Of a stretch of 64,000 nt of DNA, positions 47,176 to 58,932 are shown one piece after another; the stretch's first letter is position 1, and every line of letters begins with the position of its first letter. The translations under genes were made by a program, and so were the position numbers. The stretch spans positions 5,041,242-5,105,241 of the forward strand of contig OZ245773.1 in the NCBI GenBank assembly GCA_965227645.1, given 5' to 3'. The notes below the pieces were generated by a model, which made no database searches, was not told the DNA's origin, and saw only the letters and a program-made list of their open reading frames with translations. This DNA comes from Rhizobiaceae bacterium. GTDB lineage: Bacteria; Pseudomonadota; Alphaproteobacteria; Rhizobiales; Rhizobiaceae.

Positions 47176-47285
47176 GGACAATGCCTCGCTCGGGTTGGAC
47201 TCCGGCGATGTAGGCAATGCCCGCAATAGATGCAAGGGCCGGGTTACAATGTGTTACATCGTCAACCCGGCTCCTCTGATCAGGA

Positions 47286-48503
<1,218 letters not shown>

Positions 48504-48653
48504 TGTTTTCCGTATTTTTCCAACGTGTGGCGGCCTGAGGCCGCCCTTGCAAATTCGGCGGCACTTTAGTCCGAAAACTTCGCGTTACAAGTGGGCATTT
48601 GGCTGCTATTCAGCGCGCGGTCGTTATCCGAATTGAAACGAGGCGCCTCGAAC

Positions 48654-49295
48654 ATGCCTTTCGTTCCCGATATCCCCATTCTTCTGGCCTTTGCGCTTGC
48701 CTCGGTGATCCTCGCGATCACGCCGGGGCCCGACATGACGCTTTTCCTCGGCCGGGCGCTCAGTGACGGACGCGCAGCAGGCATCGCCTGCATCGCCGGA
48801 ACGCTGGCGGGCGTGTGCGTCCACACGCTTCTTGTGGCGCTCGGCATATCGGCGCTGGTCGTGGCCTCGCCCACCGCCTTCCTTCTGTTGAAGACCGGCG
48901 GCGCCGCTTATCTGTTCTGGCTGGCCGTGCAGGCGATCCGCTACGGGTCCACCTTCAGGACCGAGGCCGGCAATCCGAAGGAACGAACCTTCTTCCAGCA
49001 CTGGCTGCACGGGCTCACCGTCAATCTGCTCAATCCGAAGATCATTATTTTCTTCATGACCTTCCTGCCGCAATTCGTATCCGCCGGCGATCCGCACATC
49101 ACCGGTAAGCTTATCTTTCTCGGCCTGATGTTCAACGTGATTTCGCTGCCGATCGTCGTCACCATGGTGCTGGTGGCCGACAGGCTTGCCGCATGGCTGA
49201 AATCCAGCCGGCGCATCACCCGGACGATCGATTACGTTTTTGCCGGCGTGTTCTCGCTCTTCGCCGTCAGGATACTCTTGACCGAAGGGCGGTGA
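48654..49295 (+). CDS. LysE/RhtB-family amino-acid translocator
   Basis: ILAITPGPDMTLFLGRAL and LLNPKIIIFFMTFLPQF. Confidence 0.85.
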   Translation: MPFVPDIPILLAFALASVILAITPGPDMTLFLGRALSDGRAAGIACIAGTLAGVCVHTLLVALGISALVVASPTAFLLLKTGGAAYLFWLAVQAIRYGSTFRTEAGNPKERTFFQHWLHGLTVNLLNPKIIIFFMTFLPQFVSAGDPHITGKLIFLGLMFNVISLPIVVTMVLVADRLAAWLKSSRRITRTIDYVFAGVFSLFAVRILLTEGR

Positions 49296-49296
49296 T

Positions 49297-49752
49297 TTAA
49301 ATCTGCTCTTTCGGCGGTAGCCAGCTGCCGGCCCGGCTGCCTGCAAACAGCCAGTAGGTTAACCCGCCGATCATGCCGGAAACGGCGATCATAACGAGTG
49401 TGTTGACTGATCTGTCGGTCGCGCCGGTCATGGTTGCGCCCACGAAGGGCACGATCAGGGCGATGATTCCGCCGGCGAGCGTATAAAACAGCCAGTCGCG
49501 TTTGCGGGTGATTTCGGCGAACAGGATGACGGCCATCGCCGGGATGAAGGCGACATAGCCGGCGAAGGCTGCGGCCACCAGGAACCCGACGATGAGGCCG
49601 ACGCTCCATGGTGAATTGGCGAGGTGGCTCGCCTCCTGCGGCGTGATAACCTGCGTGAGAAAGCCCATGGCGACGGCAGAAGCGATGGCCGCGAGAATAA
49701 AACCGAGCGTGATCGCACACAGCCGCAGGAAAAAGACCAGGAACCGGTCCAA
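49297..49752 (-). CDS. Hypothetical multi-TM membrane protein
   Basis: Four hydrophobic helices. TTG start directly after the rlmN stop. The start is uncertain. Confidence 0.5.
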   Translation of the reverse strand: MDRFLVFFLRLCAITLGFILAAIASAVAMGFLTQVITPQEASHLANSPWSVGLIVGFLVAAAFAGYVAFIPAMAVILFAEITRKRDWLFYTLAGGIIALIVPFVGATMTGATDRSVNTLVMIAVSGMIGGLTYWLFAGSRAGSWLPPKEQI

Positions 49753-49753
49753 C

Positions 49754-50998
49754 TCAGGCCTCGCCGTGTCCGGCGATCATCATCGCTTCGAGCGCGAGCC
49801 GTTCCGATTTGCGCAAGCGTTCCGATTCCGATTTGAGCTGGCCGCAGGCGGCGAGGATGTCGCGTCCGCGCGGCGTGCGGATGGGTGAGGCGTAACCGGC
49901 GTGGTTGACGAAATCCGCGAACTTCTCGATCTGCTCCCAGGAAGAGCACTCATAGGCGCTGCCCGGCCACGGATTGAACGGAATGAGGTTGATCTTCGCC
50001 GGTACGCCCTTGAGGAGCCGCACCAGCTCCTTCGCGTCTGCCATCGAATCGTTGACGCCTTTCAGCATGACGTATTCGAAGGTGATGCGCCGCGCATTGG
50101 AAAGCCCCTTGTAGTCGCGGCAGGCCTTCATCAGCTCCGCGAGAGGGTATTTCTTGTTGATCGGCACGAGTTCGTTGCGCAGATCGTCGCGAACAGCATG
50201 CAGAGATATCGCCAGCATGACGCCGATTTCCTGGCCGGTGCGATAGATTTCCGGCACGACGCCGGAGGTGGAAAGCGTAATGCGCCGGCGCGACAGCGAC
50301 AGGCCCTCATTGTCTGAGGCGATCAGCAGCGCCTTCTTCACGTTCTCGAAATTGTAGAGCGGCTCGCCCATGCCCATCATCACTATATTGGACACCTTGC
50401 GGCCCTCTGAAGGCACGATGGCGCCGGCGGGCGTGTCACGGGCGGGAAAATCGCCGAGCCTGTCGCGGGCCAGAAGCAGTTGCGAGAGGATTTCTTCCGA
50501 CGTCAGGTTGCGCACCAGCTTCTGGGTGCCCGTATGGCAGAACGAACAGGTGAGCGTGCAGCCGACCTGCGAGGAGATGCACAGCGTACCCCTGCCTTCC
50601 TCCGGAATATACACCGTTTCGATCTCGACGGGTCGCCCGGCGCCGCGCGGTGGAAAGCGCAACAGCCATTTGCGGGTGCCGTCGGCGGAGATCTGTTCGT
50701 CGACGATTTCGGGTCGGGCGATCGTGAAGCGCGATTTCAGCGCCGCGCGCAGATCTTTCGAGACATTGTGCATGTCGTCGAAATTGCTGGCGCCGCGCAC
50801 ATAGAGCCAGTGCCAGAGCTGCTGGGCGCGCATGCGCACCTGCCGTTCCTTCACACCGGCGTCTTCCAGGGCCGCGCCGAGTTCCTCGCGCGACATGCCG
50901 ATCAGAGAAGGGCGGTTGTCATTGACATGCAAGGGCGCCGCTTGCGGCGACAGGGAGTCGCGCTGGCCGGTATCTCTCAGGTCGATGGACAGGGGCAT
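49754..50998 (-). CDS. rlmN: 23S rRNA/tRNA (adenine-C2)-methyltransferase, radical SAM
   Basis: [18 protein letters not shown] (CxxxCxxC) and the RlmN C-terminal [11 protein letters not shown]. Confidence 0.93.
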   Translation of the reverse strand: MPLSIDLRDTGQRDSLSPQAAPLHVNDNRPSLIGMSREELGAALEDAGVKERQVRMRAQQLWHWLYVRGASNFDDMHNVSKDLRAALKSRFTIARPEIVDEQISADGTRKWLLRFPPRGAGRPVEIETVYIPEEGRGTLCISSQVGCTLTCSFCHTGTQKLVRNLTSEEILSQLLLARDRLGDFPARDTPAGAIVPSEGRKVSNIVMMGMGEPLYNFENVKKALLIASDNEGLSLSRRRITLSTSGVVPEIYRTGQEIGVMLAISLHAVRDDLRNELVPINKKYPLAELMKACRDYKGLSNARRITFEYVMLKGVNDSMADAKELVRLLKGVPAKINLIPFNPWPGSAYECSSWEQIEKFADFVNHAGYASPIRTPRGRDILAACGQLKSESERLRKSERLALEAMMIAGHGEA

Positions 50999-51130
50999 GA
51001 GCCGGATCTTTCAAAGGGAATCTGTGCGCTGCCCCTCAGGGCGCGCAATTTCCCCCAAAATACGGTGTTTCGACGCCATATCAAGGCGCAGCCATCAATT
51101 AAACGGCTGCAAACCGGTCAGACCAGACCC

Positions 51131-51634
51131 TCAGTTGCAGTTCTGGATCTCGCTGAGAGCTGCAGTAACGCCGGAAAGCGAGAACGTGTAGCTCGTGTTG
51201 GTGCCGCGCTGCGACGTCGCCTTGACCGTCATGGACGAACCGGCGCGCATGGCGGAGACGAGCGCGGGTTCTTCAGCAGCGTTCTCGACCCAGGCCGAAT
51301 CATCCTTGGAGAACATCGTGAAGCTACGGCCGTCCACGTTGACATCGACCTTGGATCCATCCCTGAGCTGGTAACCCATCATGGCCTGCGGTTCGTAGGA
51401 GATGTTCTGGCCAGGACGCTGCGACACCAGGAAAAAGATGTCGCCGTGATCGACATTCGTCGGCTCCTTGCGGGTGGGAAGCGACAGGATGTAGCAAACC
51501 TTGCCGTTCGCCGAATTGTAGGAATAGGCGCCCCAGGCATTGAATTGTTTGATTCGCGTCGGCGATTGGGCCGAGGCGACGCCTGTCACCGCAATTATAA
51601 GGATCAGAGCTGTCACGAACTTCTTCAAAACCAT
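51131..51634 (-). CDS. Invasion-associated locus B (IalB) family protein
   Basis: Signal peptide MVLKKFVTALILIIAVTGVASA, then FNAWGAYSY...CYILS. Confidence 0.75.
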   Translation of the reverse strand: MVLKKFVTALILIIAVTGVASAQSPTRIKQFNAWGAYSYNSANGKVCYILSLPTRKEPTNVDHGDIFFLVSQRPGQNISYEPQAMMGYQLRDGSKVDVNVDGRSFTMFSKDDSAWVENAAEEPALVSAMRAGSSMTVKATSQRGTNTSYTFSLSGVTAALSEIQNCN

Positions 51635-51857
51635 AATCAACCTACCGGACTGTTCTGCTTTCACGGGCACGGACTGCCTTGACCATGCTGGTTTGGCAAC
51701 ATTTTGTCTCAATTTGTGCAAATTTGGGTTACCAAACAGTCAACACTGTTTCGGATTTCGCTGATTTTGTAAAATTCTGCAACCCTGCGGTTATGCGGGC
51801 GATCAGCATATTCTCCAGTACCGGGAGATTGCATCGGCCGCGAACGGCCGATTTTGC

Positions 51858-52241
51858 TCAAAACTGAGCCGTTTCTGGGTCTTCCAGCGCGCGGCGCGCA
51901 GCGGCGTAATGCGCCGGAGTTATGTGCGCACGGATCGCGGCGATCGCGGCGCCCAGCACGGCGATGTCGTCCGAGAAGCCTACAAGCGCAAGGAAATCCG
52001 GCAATGTGTCCATAGGAAACACGAAATAGGCGAGCGCGGCGAGCAGAATGCCGCGCACACGCGTCGGCGTGTTGCTGTCGAGCGCGCAATAATAGGCGGC
52101 CGCCACGTCTTCCATGAATGGAACCTGGCGCGCAGCGCGTTTCAGCGTTCTCCAGAAGCCTTTGCGCACCGTCCGGGCGCGTTCGCGACGGGTGTCGTCG
52201 TCGCCAGGCTCCAATATTTCTCCGATCTTGACCGTATCCAT
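51858..52241 (-). CDS. DUF1232 (YkvA-like) membrane protein
   Basis: AALAYFVFPMDTLPDFLALVGFSDDIAVL is the DUF1232 core. The start is ATG 52241 or TTG 52280. Confidence 0.7.
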   Translation of the reverse strand: MDTVKIGEILEPGDDDTRRERARTVRKGFWRTLKRAARQVPFMEDVAAAYYCALDSNTPTRVRGILLAALAYFVFPMDTLPDFLALVGFSDDIAVLGAAIAAIRAHITPAHYAAARRALEDPETAQF

Positions 52242-52312
52242 TGTCTCGTCTTTCGCGTCGGAACCAATATGGGACGTCAACGCGCAATGTTCAAATTTGT
52301 TGCGGCCGGGGC

Positions 52313-52612
52313 CTAACCCTGGCCGGCGAAGCGATCCATGGCGCGCGCCAGGCGAAAGTCGAATTCGGACAAACCGTTGCAGTCATGGGTGGTGAGCGTG
52401 ACGTCGACACGGTTGTAGACGTTGAACCATTCGGGATGGTGGTTCAGTTTCTCCGCCGCCAGCGCCGCGCGCGTCATGAACCCGAAGGCTTCATTGAATG
52501 TCTTGAATCGGAACGTCTTTTCAATGGCCTTGCGATCGCTCCTCAGCGTCCAGCCCGCAATATCATTCATGCCGGAATCGATTGCATCGGCGTCGAGAGC
52601 GGTAATCGGCAT
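52313..52612 (-). CDS. 4a-hydroxytetrahydrobiopterin (pterin-4-alpha-carbinolamine) dehydratase
   Basis: [41 protein letters not shown]. Confidence 0.9.
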   Translation of the reverse strand: MPITALDADAIDSGMNDIAGWTLRSDRKAIEKTFRFKTFNEAFGFMTRAALAAEKLNHHPEWFNVYNRVDVTLTTHDCNGLSEFDFRLARAMDRFAGQG

Positions 52613-52636
52613 GCGATGCGCTTTCCTGCTTCCGGT

Positions 52637-53224
52637 TCAGCGATATCCTTGCGCGGCGTAGCGATGCGCGTCGGCCGACACCGCCATATCGCTGAACAGC
52701 GGATAGGCTTCCTCGGTCACATAGGGACCGCCGCCGACCGAATTGCGCGACGACATCAACACGAAGCGGGACACCGGAAACGGATCCGTCTGGAAATTGC
52801 CGCGTTCCGAGAGATATTTCACGACCTCGTCGACCCGGACGTTGCGTGTGCGCGCCACGGTGACATGCGGCGAGAACTTGCGCGGATCGGGACGCAGACC
52901 CAGGCGCTGACAGATCCTTTCGAGTTCCGCCTGCAGGGCCATCAGGTCCGGAGACGGCGACACGCCGGCCCAGACCGAATGCGGCTTCTTGTTGCCGAAA
53001 GCGCCCATTCCCACCAGCGACAGGGTGAATTCCGGCCGATGGACCCGGTCGAGCGCGTGGACGAGTTCGTCCGCAACGTGCCCTTCTATGTCGCCGATGA
53101 AACGCAGGGTGAGGTGATAGTTTTCTACATCGATCCATCGGGCCCCGTACATGCCTCCGCGAAGAAGCGAGAGACTGAGAGCCGCCGATGGCGGAATTTC
53201 GAGGGCTATGAACAATCGCGGCAT
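52637..53224 (-). CDS. thpR: RNA 2',3'-cyclic phosphodiesterase (2H family)
   Basis: Two HxTx motifs: YHLTLRF and PHVTVAR. MPRLFIALEIP start. Confidence 0.88.
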   Translation of the reverse strand: MPRLFIALEIPPSAALSLSLLRGGMYGARWIDVENYHLTLRFIGDIEGHVADELVHALDRVHRPEFTLSLVGMGAFGNKKPHSVWAGVSPSPDLMALQAELERICQRLGLRPDPRKFSPHVTVARTRNVRVDEVVKYLSERGNFQTDPFPVSRFVLMSSRNSVGGGPYVTEEAYPLFSDMAVSADAHRYAAQGYR

Positions 53225-53360
53225 AAGAGCCTCCCCGAATCGTATGTGTATCTTCAGCGAATCACGTGTCGGGCTCAAGAGCAAGCCCCTGAATGACATT
53301 CCAGTCGCTTTTCCGGTCAACAATCTCGAGAAAAACGCCAGCGATTCGCATGACTTGGCG

Positions 53361-54017
53361 TTACTGTTTGGCGGCGGAGCCGGACTCCAGGCGCTCCAGG
53401 AGTTGCTCCGCATAGGGCAGAAAACGCGTCACCATGATGTCGACTCCTTGCGGGTTCGGGTGCATGCCGTCGCCGATATCGAGCCCTTCCTCGGCGGCGA
53501 CGCCGTCGAGAAAGAACGGGTAGAGGATCAGGTCGTACTTTTCAGCCAATTCCGGGTAGATGTCGTTGAAAAGATCCGCGTAGGCGTCACCCATATTGGG
53601 CGGCGCGAGCATGCCGACGAGGAGAACCTCGACCCCGCGACCCTTGAGCGCGGCAATCATGGCGTCGAGATTTTCCCGGGTTTTTTCCGGGCTGATGCCG
53701 CGAAGCGCGTCATTTGCGCCAAGTTCCAGTATCACCGCGTCGGCGTCTTCCGGGACGGACCAGTCGAGGCGCGAGAGCCCGCCGCTGGTCGTGTCGCCTG
53801 AAACCCCGGCGTTGGCGATCGTCACCTCATTGCCGGTGGCGACAAGCGCGTCCTCCAGCTTGACCGGAAAGGCGTCCGCCGGCGCCAGCTGGTATCCCGC
53901 CATCAGGCTGTCGCCGAAGCCGACAATGTTCACCGGCTCCGCCCGACCGGGCATCCCAAAGATTGCCACAAGTGCGCCCGCTGCAAGTAAAATCCGTGCG
54001 ACAGCTTTAATTTTCAT
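53361..54017 (-). CDS. SGNH/GDSL arylesterase (TesA-like), secreted
   Basis: Signal peptide, FGDSLMAGY (block I), GVSGDT, ELGANDAL, DGMHPN. The longer track ORF is rejected. Confidence 0.88.
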   Translation of the reverse strand: MKIKAVARILLAAGALVAIFGMPGRAEPVNIVGFGDSLMAGYQLAPADAFPVKLEDALVATGNEVTIANAGVSGDTTSGGLSRLDWSVPEDADAVILELGANDALRGISPEKTRENLDAMIAALKGRGVEVLLVGMLAPPNMGDAYADLFNDIYPELAEKYDLILYPFFLDGVAAEEGLDIGDGMHPNPQGVDIMVTRFLPYAEQLLERLESGSAAKQ

Positions 54018-54089
54018 CCCGAGGTCCCTAAATCCCTTTGCAGTCCGAACTGAAATCTGTCTTTCAGCCCAATATAGTGAGCCTGCGAC

Positions 54090-54797
54090 GTGACGACACC
54101 CATCATCGAGCTGAAAAAGGCCGATCTCACTCTGGGCGACGGGGCGTCGTCCGTACATGTTCTCAAAAATATGGCGCTTCAGATAATGCCCGGCGAGTCC
54201 GTCGGCATCGTCGGCCCGTCGGGTTCCGGCAAGTCGACCCTGCTGATGGTGCTGGCGGGCCTGGAGCGCATTGATTCCGGCGAGATCGTCGTCTCCGGCC
54301 AGCCGATCCACGCCATGAGCGAGGACCAGGTGGCCGATTTTCGCGGCCGCAATATCGGCATCGTATTCCAGTCGTTTCACCTCATTCCCAACATGACCGC
54401 GCTTGAAAATGTCGCGGTGCCGCTGGAACTCGCCGGTCGCGCAGACGCCTTCGACGTCGCGCGCGCGGAGCTCGCCTCCGTCGGCCTCGCTGGACGCCTG
54501 ACGCACTATCCGGGCGAACTTTCCGGGGGAGAACAGCAAAGGGTGGCGATCGCCCGCGCGCTTGCGCCGTCTCCCGCCATGCTGATCGCGGACGAGCCGA
54601 CCGGCAATCTCGACACGGAAACCGGACGCCAGATCGCCGATCTTCTGTTCTCGAAGCAGAGCGAAAGAAACATGACCCTGCTTCTGGTCACCCATGACCC
54701 GGTTCTGGCGGAGCGTTGTTCGCGTCAGGTGCGGGTGCGGTCCGGCGAGATCATCGATCACGGCCAGGCCGACGCAATCCGGGCGGCGATGGCGTGA
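54090..54797 (+). CDS. ABC transporter ATP-binding protein (YbbA-like)
   Basis: GPSGSGKSTLL, LSGGEQQRVAIARAL, MLIADEPTGNLD. GTG start. Divergent from the tesA-like gene. Confidence 0.9.
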   Translation: MTTPIIELKKADLTLGDGASSVHVLKNMALQIMPGESVGIVGPSGSGKSTLLMVLAGLERIDSGEIVVSGQPIHAMSEDQVADFRGRNIGIVFQSFHLIPNMTALENVAVPLELAGRADAFDVARAELASVGLAGRLTHYPGELSGGEQQRVAIARALAPSPAMLIADEPTGNLDTETGRQIADLLFSKQSERNMTLLLVTHDPVLAERCSRQVRVRSGEIIDHGQADAIRAAMA

Positions 54798-57361
54798 CGC
54801 CGCCTCCGGCCAAATCCTTCCTGACGAACCTGCGCCTGGCGTTTCGCCTCGCGTTGCGGGAAATGCGCGGCGGACTGTCCGGGTTCTATATTTTTGTCGC
54901 CTGCATTGGGCTCGGCACTGCCGCCATCGCCGGCGTCAATTCCATTTCACAGTCGATCACGGCCGCCATTAACGAAGAGGGCCGCACCATCCTCGGTGGC
55001 GATATCCGCTTCGAACTGCAGAACCGGCCGGCGTCTGAGGATGAGCTGACCCATCTGGAGCAACTGGGCGAGATGACGTCGACGGCGGGTCTGCGCTCCA
55101 TGGCGAGACTTCCCGACGGCTCCGACCAGACGCTCGTCGAGGTCAAGGCGGTCGAGGCGAACTACCCCCTCTATGGCGCTCTCGAAACCACGCCGCAGCT
55201 TTCCAGCGGCGATCTCTTCGATGCGAACGATGGGCGTTACGGCGTCGCCGTCGCGCCGTTGCTGCTCGACCGTCTGGGACTTGCCTGGGGCGACCGGTTG
55301 CTGCTTGGAAACGCCGCCTTCGATATCCGCGCTACGATCGATCTGGAGCCGGACGCCTTTTCGGACGGCTTCGGTTTCGCGCCGCGGCTGATGCTCTCGC
55401 AAGACGGTCTTGAGGCGGCGGGCCTCATCCGCACCGGCAGTCTCGTGGAGTATGGCTACAAGATCAGTCTCGGCGACGCTGCAACAGAAGCCGATATCGA
55501 AGCGGCGCGCATTGCGACCGAAAGCGCCTTTCCCGAGGCCGGGTGGTCCGTGCGCAGCCGCAGCAACGCAGCGCCGTCCCTGACGGCGAATATCGTGCGC
55601 TTTTCCCAGTTTCTGACGCTGGTGGGCCTGACCGCGCTGATCGTCGGCGGCGTCGGCGTCGCCAACGCTGTCCGCGCCTATCTCGACGCCAAGCGGGGCG
55701 TGATTGCGACGTTCAAATGTCTTGGCGCTTCGGGCGAGTTCGTTTTTTCGGTCTATCTCATCCAAATGCTGATGGTGGCCTCGATCGGCATCGTGATCGG
55801 ACTGGTGCTCGGCGCGCTCATGCCGATTGCCGCGCAGGCGTTCCTCTCCGGCATTCTGCCCGTTTCGTCGGATGTAACGCTCTATCCCGGCGCGCTGCTT
55901 CTGGCCGCGCTCTTCGGCGTGATGACCGCGCTCGCCTTCGCGCTATTGCCGCTCGGCCGCGCCCGCAACGTTCCGGCCACGGCGCTATTCCGCGAGCAGG
56001 GTTTCGACGCATCCGGGTTGCCGGCTCGCCGTTACATTATCGCCGCCCTCCTGCTGGTGCTGATGATCGCGGGTCTTGCGATCTACACGTCCTATGACCG
56101 CTTCATAGCCACCGTCTTCATGGGCGGCATCGTCTTCGCCTTCGTTCTCCTGCGTCTGGTTTCGACGCTGATCGAAATGCTTGCGCGAAGGGCGCCGAGC
56201 GTCCGCTCCACCCCACTGCGGCTGGCGATTGGCAATATCCATCGTCCCGGCGCGCTGACGCCTTCCGTTGTCCTGTCGCTCGGCCTCGGCCTTGCGCTGC
56301 TGGTCACGCTGGCGTTGATCGACGGCAATCTGCGCCGCGAAATCGGGGGCGCGCTGCCTGAACAGGCGCCGAATTTCTTTTTCGTCGACATTCAGAGTTC
56401 GGAAGTCGACGCCTTCACGACGCTCGTCGAGCAGGAAGCGCCTGGGGGCGATCTCTCCAAGGTGCCGATGCTGCGCGGCCGTATCGTCGCTTTCAACGGT
56501 GTCGACGTGCGCGAGATGGAGGTGCCGCCTGGCGGAGAATGGGTGCTTCGCGGAGACCGCGGCGTGACCTATTCCGACACAGTGCCTGAAAACTCCGTGC
56601 TGACGGCTGGCGAATGGTGGCCGGAGAACTATAGCGGCGAACCGCTGGTCTCCTTTTCAGCCGAAGAGGCGGGTGAACTGGGCGTCGGCGTCGGCGACAC
56701 CGTAACCGTGAACGTCCTTGGGCGGAACATCACGGCGCGGATAGCAAGTCTGCGCGAACTGGAATGGGAATCGCTGTCCATCAATTTCGTGATGGTGTTT
56801 ACGCCCAACACCTTCGCCCGCGCGCCGCATGCGTGGTTGGCGACCCTCAACGATCCCGAGGCCGCGCCCGCCGACGAGAGCCGCATTTTGCGCGCGGTCA
56901 CCAACGCCTTCCCGACAGTCACCTCGGTGCGGGTCAAGGACGCGCTTGATGTGATCAACCGGTTGATGGGGCAACTCGCCGCCGCCATCCGCGCCGCCGC
57001 CGGCGTCGCGCTCGTCACGTCTGTGCTGGTGCTTGCCGGCGCGCTGGCGGCAGGCAACAGGGCGCGCGCACACGACGCCGTCGTTCTCAAGACGCTGGGC
57101 GCCACGCGCCGCACGCTGATCAGGGCGTTCTCCTACGAATACATGCTGATCGGGCTCGCAACGGCGATTTTCGCGCTCGTCGCCGGCGGCGTAGCCGCCT
57201 GGTTCATCGTCGCCCGCATCATGACCCTGCGTTCTGAGTTCTTGCCGGATGTGGCGGTCGCCACCATCGTGATCGCGCTGATCCTGACGGTCGGGATCGG
57301 CCTCATCGGCACCTGGCGGGTGCTCGGACAGAAGGCGGCGCCGGTTCTGCGCAATCTTTGA
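54794..57361 (+). CDS. FtsX-like ABC transporter permease (YbbP-like), duplicated module
   Basis: GTG overlaps the upstream stop (GTGA). About 855 aa with two FtsX-type 4-TM blocks and large periplasmic loops. Confidence 0.85.
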   Translation: MTPPPAKSFLTNLRLAFRLALREMRGGLSGFYIFVACIGLGTAAIAGVNSISQSITAAINEEGRTILGGDIRFELQNRPASEDELTHLEQLGEMTSTAGLRSMARLPDGSDQTLVEVKAVEANYPLYGALETTPQLSSGDLFDANDGRYGVAVAPLLLDRLGLAWGDRLLLGNAAFDIRATIDLEPDAFSDGFGFAPRLMLSQDGLEAAGLIRTGSLVEYGYKISLGDAATEADIEAARIATESAFPEAGWSVRSRSNAAPSLTANIVRFSQFLTLVGLTALIVGGVGVANAVRAYLDAKRGVIATFKCLGASGEFVFSVYLIQMLMVASIGIVIGLVLGALMPIAAQAFLSGILPVSSDVTLYPGALLLAALFGVMTALAFALLPLGRARNVPATALFREQGFDASGLPARRYIIAALLLVLMIAGLAIYTSYDRFIATVFMGGIVFAFVLLRLVSTLIEMLARRAPSVRSTPLRLAIGNIHRPGALTPSVVLSLGLGLALLVTLALIDGNLRREIGGALPEQAPNFFFVDIQSSEVDAFTTLVEQEAPGGDLSKVPMLRGRIVAFNGVDVREMEVPPGGEWVLRGDRGVTYSDTVPENSVLTAGEWWPENYSGEPLVSFSAEEAGELGVGVGDTVTVNVLGRNITARIASLRELEWESLSINFVMVFTPNTFARAPHAWLATLNDPEAAPADESRILRAVTNAFPTVTSVRVKDALDVINRLMGQLAAAIRAAAGVALVTSVLVLAGALAAGNRARAHDAVVLKTLGATRRTLIRAFSYEYMLIGLATAIFALVAGGVAAWFIVARIMTLRSEFLPDVAVATIVIALILTVGIGLIGTWRVLGQKAAPVLRNL

Positions 57362-57544
57362 CGGCTAATCAGCTTTGCTTCACAGGCGTTTACCGGCTGT
57401 TTGCGATAGCAATGAAAGAATCGTGATTTTGCTGGTCGGGCCTTGTAGTTGGGCCCGGGATTCATCATATTGCTGAGAACTGTGCCCTTTTCCGAGGAGG
57501 AGCAAGGGCATTTCTTCATGCCACACAGCTATTGAGAGGTAGAT

Positions 57545-58288
57545 ATGGCGGAACTTAGGAATTACCAGGCGCGCGGAGCCCACGCCGGTGCGCAGTCTGG
57601 CGCTGCGATCGATGAGGGCCTTCGGTCCTACATGCTTCGCGTTTACAACCTGATGGCGTTGGGCCTGGCGATTACCGGCGTTGCCGCGTATGGAGCCTTC
57701 ACCATGGCGGTGCAGGACGGCCAGCTTACCCAGTTCGGTCAGTTGCTTTTTGCAAGCCCGCTGAAATGGGTCGTCATTCTTGCGCCGCTCGCGATGGTGT
57801 TTTTCCTGAGCTTCAGGATCCACAAGATGAGCGTGAGCGCGGCGCAAACCACCTTCTGGGTCTATGCGGCGATGGTTGGCCTGTCGCTGGCGTCGATTTT
57901 CCTGATCTACACCGGTCAGAGCATCGTGCGGACCTTCTTCATTACGGCCGCATCCTTCGGCGCGTTGTCGCTCTACGGCTACACGACGAAACGCGATATG
58001 TCCGGAATGGGTTCGTTCCTGTTCATGGGCGTGATCGGCATCGTCATCGCCATGCTGGTGAACCTCTTCCTGCAGTCGAGCGCCTTGCAGTTCGCAATTT
58101 CCGTGATCGGCGTGCTGGTGTTTGCTGGCCTGACGGCTTACGACACCCAGCAGATCAAGGAAATGTACTATGAAGGCGACGGTTCGGAAGTCGCCGGCCG
58201 CAAGGCCATCATGGGCGCGCTGCGCCTCTATCTGGACTTCCTGAACATGTTCCTGTTCCTGCTTCAGCTTTTCGGAAACCGGAACTGA
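57545..58288 (+). CDS. Bax inhibitor-1/YccA (YbhL) family membrane protein
   Basis: YMLRVYNLMALGLAITG, seven TM helices, and C-terminal LRLYLDFLNMFLFLL. Confidence 0.9.
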   Translation: MAELRNYQARGAHAGAQSGAAIDEGLRSYMLRVYNLMALGLAITGVAAYGAFTMAVQDGQLTQFGQLLFASPLKWVVILAPLAMVFFLSFRIHKMSVSAAQTTFWVYAAMVGLSLASIFLIYTGQSIVRTFFITAASFGALSLYGYTTKRDMSGMGSFLFMGVIGIVIAMLVNLFLQSSALQFAISVIGVLVFAGLTAYDTQQIKEMYYEGDGSEVAGRKAIMGALRLYLDFLNMFLFLLQLFGNRN

Positions 58289-58318
58289 ACCAGTTGGAAT
58301 TATCAGCGAAAGGCGGTC

Positions 58319-58346
58319 TTCGGACCGCCTTTTTTGTGCCCGATCC
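58319..58346 (+). terminator. Rho-independent terminator
   Basis: AAAGGCGGTC-ttcg-GACCGCCTTT followed by TTTT. Confidence 0.8.
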
Positions 58347-58367
58347 CCTTTCAGACACCCGATACAA

Positions 58368-58928
58368 ATGAATATTTCAATCCGGGACGCCAGTCCCCAG
58401 GACCTTGAGCGCATAACCGATATCTATCGCGAATCCGTATTGAACGGTGTTGCGACCTACGAACTGACGCCGCCGAACCTCGAGGAAATGCAGGGTCGCT
58501 ATACGGCGCTCGTCGACAACGGATTTCCCTATCTCGTCGCAGAAACGGATACGGGTGAGCTGGCCGGCTACGCCTATGCCGGCCCTTATCGGACCCGCCC
58601 GGCCTATCGCTGGACGGTTGAGGATTCCATCTACCTGCCGCCGCAGTCGCGCGGCAAGGGTGTCGGCAAGGCGCTTCTTGCAGCCCTGGTCGGGCGCTCC
58701 GCCGATCTCGGTTTTCGTCAGATGATCGCGGTCATCGGCGGCGCGTCGCCCGCGTCCGTCGCCCTGCACCGCGCTCTCGGCTTTGAGATGAGCGGAACGA
58801 TAAAGGCGACGGGCTTCAAGCATGGGCGCTGGCTCGATACGACCATCATGCAATTGCCGCTGGGACACGGTCAGTCTACCGATCCGGACGCCAACGCCTA
58901 TCCGGGCACGCTGTTTCGGGAAATATGA
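58368..58928 (+). CDS. GNAT acetyltransferase, phosphinothricin/MSO acetyltransferase (PAT)-like
   Basis: IRDASPQDLERITDIYRESVLNGVATYE...YRWTVEDSIYL...RGKGVGKALL. Confidence 0.85.
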   Translation: MNISIRDASPQDLERITDIYRESVLNGVATYELTPPNLEEMQGRYTALVDNGFPYLVAETDTGELAGYAYAGPYRTRPAYRWTVEDSIYLPPQSRGKGVGKALLAALVGRSADLGFRQMIAVIGGASPASVALHRALGFEMSGTIKATGFKHGRWLDTTIMQLPLGHGQSTDPDANAYPGTLFREI

Positions 58929-58932
58929 ACGA

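Noticed and set aside
53361-54761. 466-aa version of the SGNH hydrolase ORF
   Set aside because: Its N-terminal 248 aa are antisense to the ybbA-like ABC ATPase gene. A signal peptide start (MKIKAV) at 54017 gives a normal-sized TesA-like protein.
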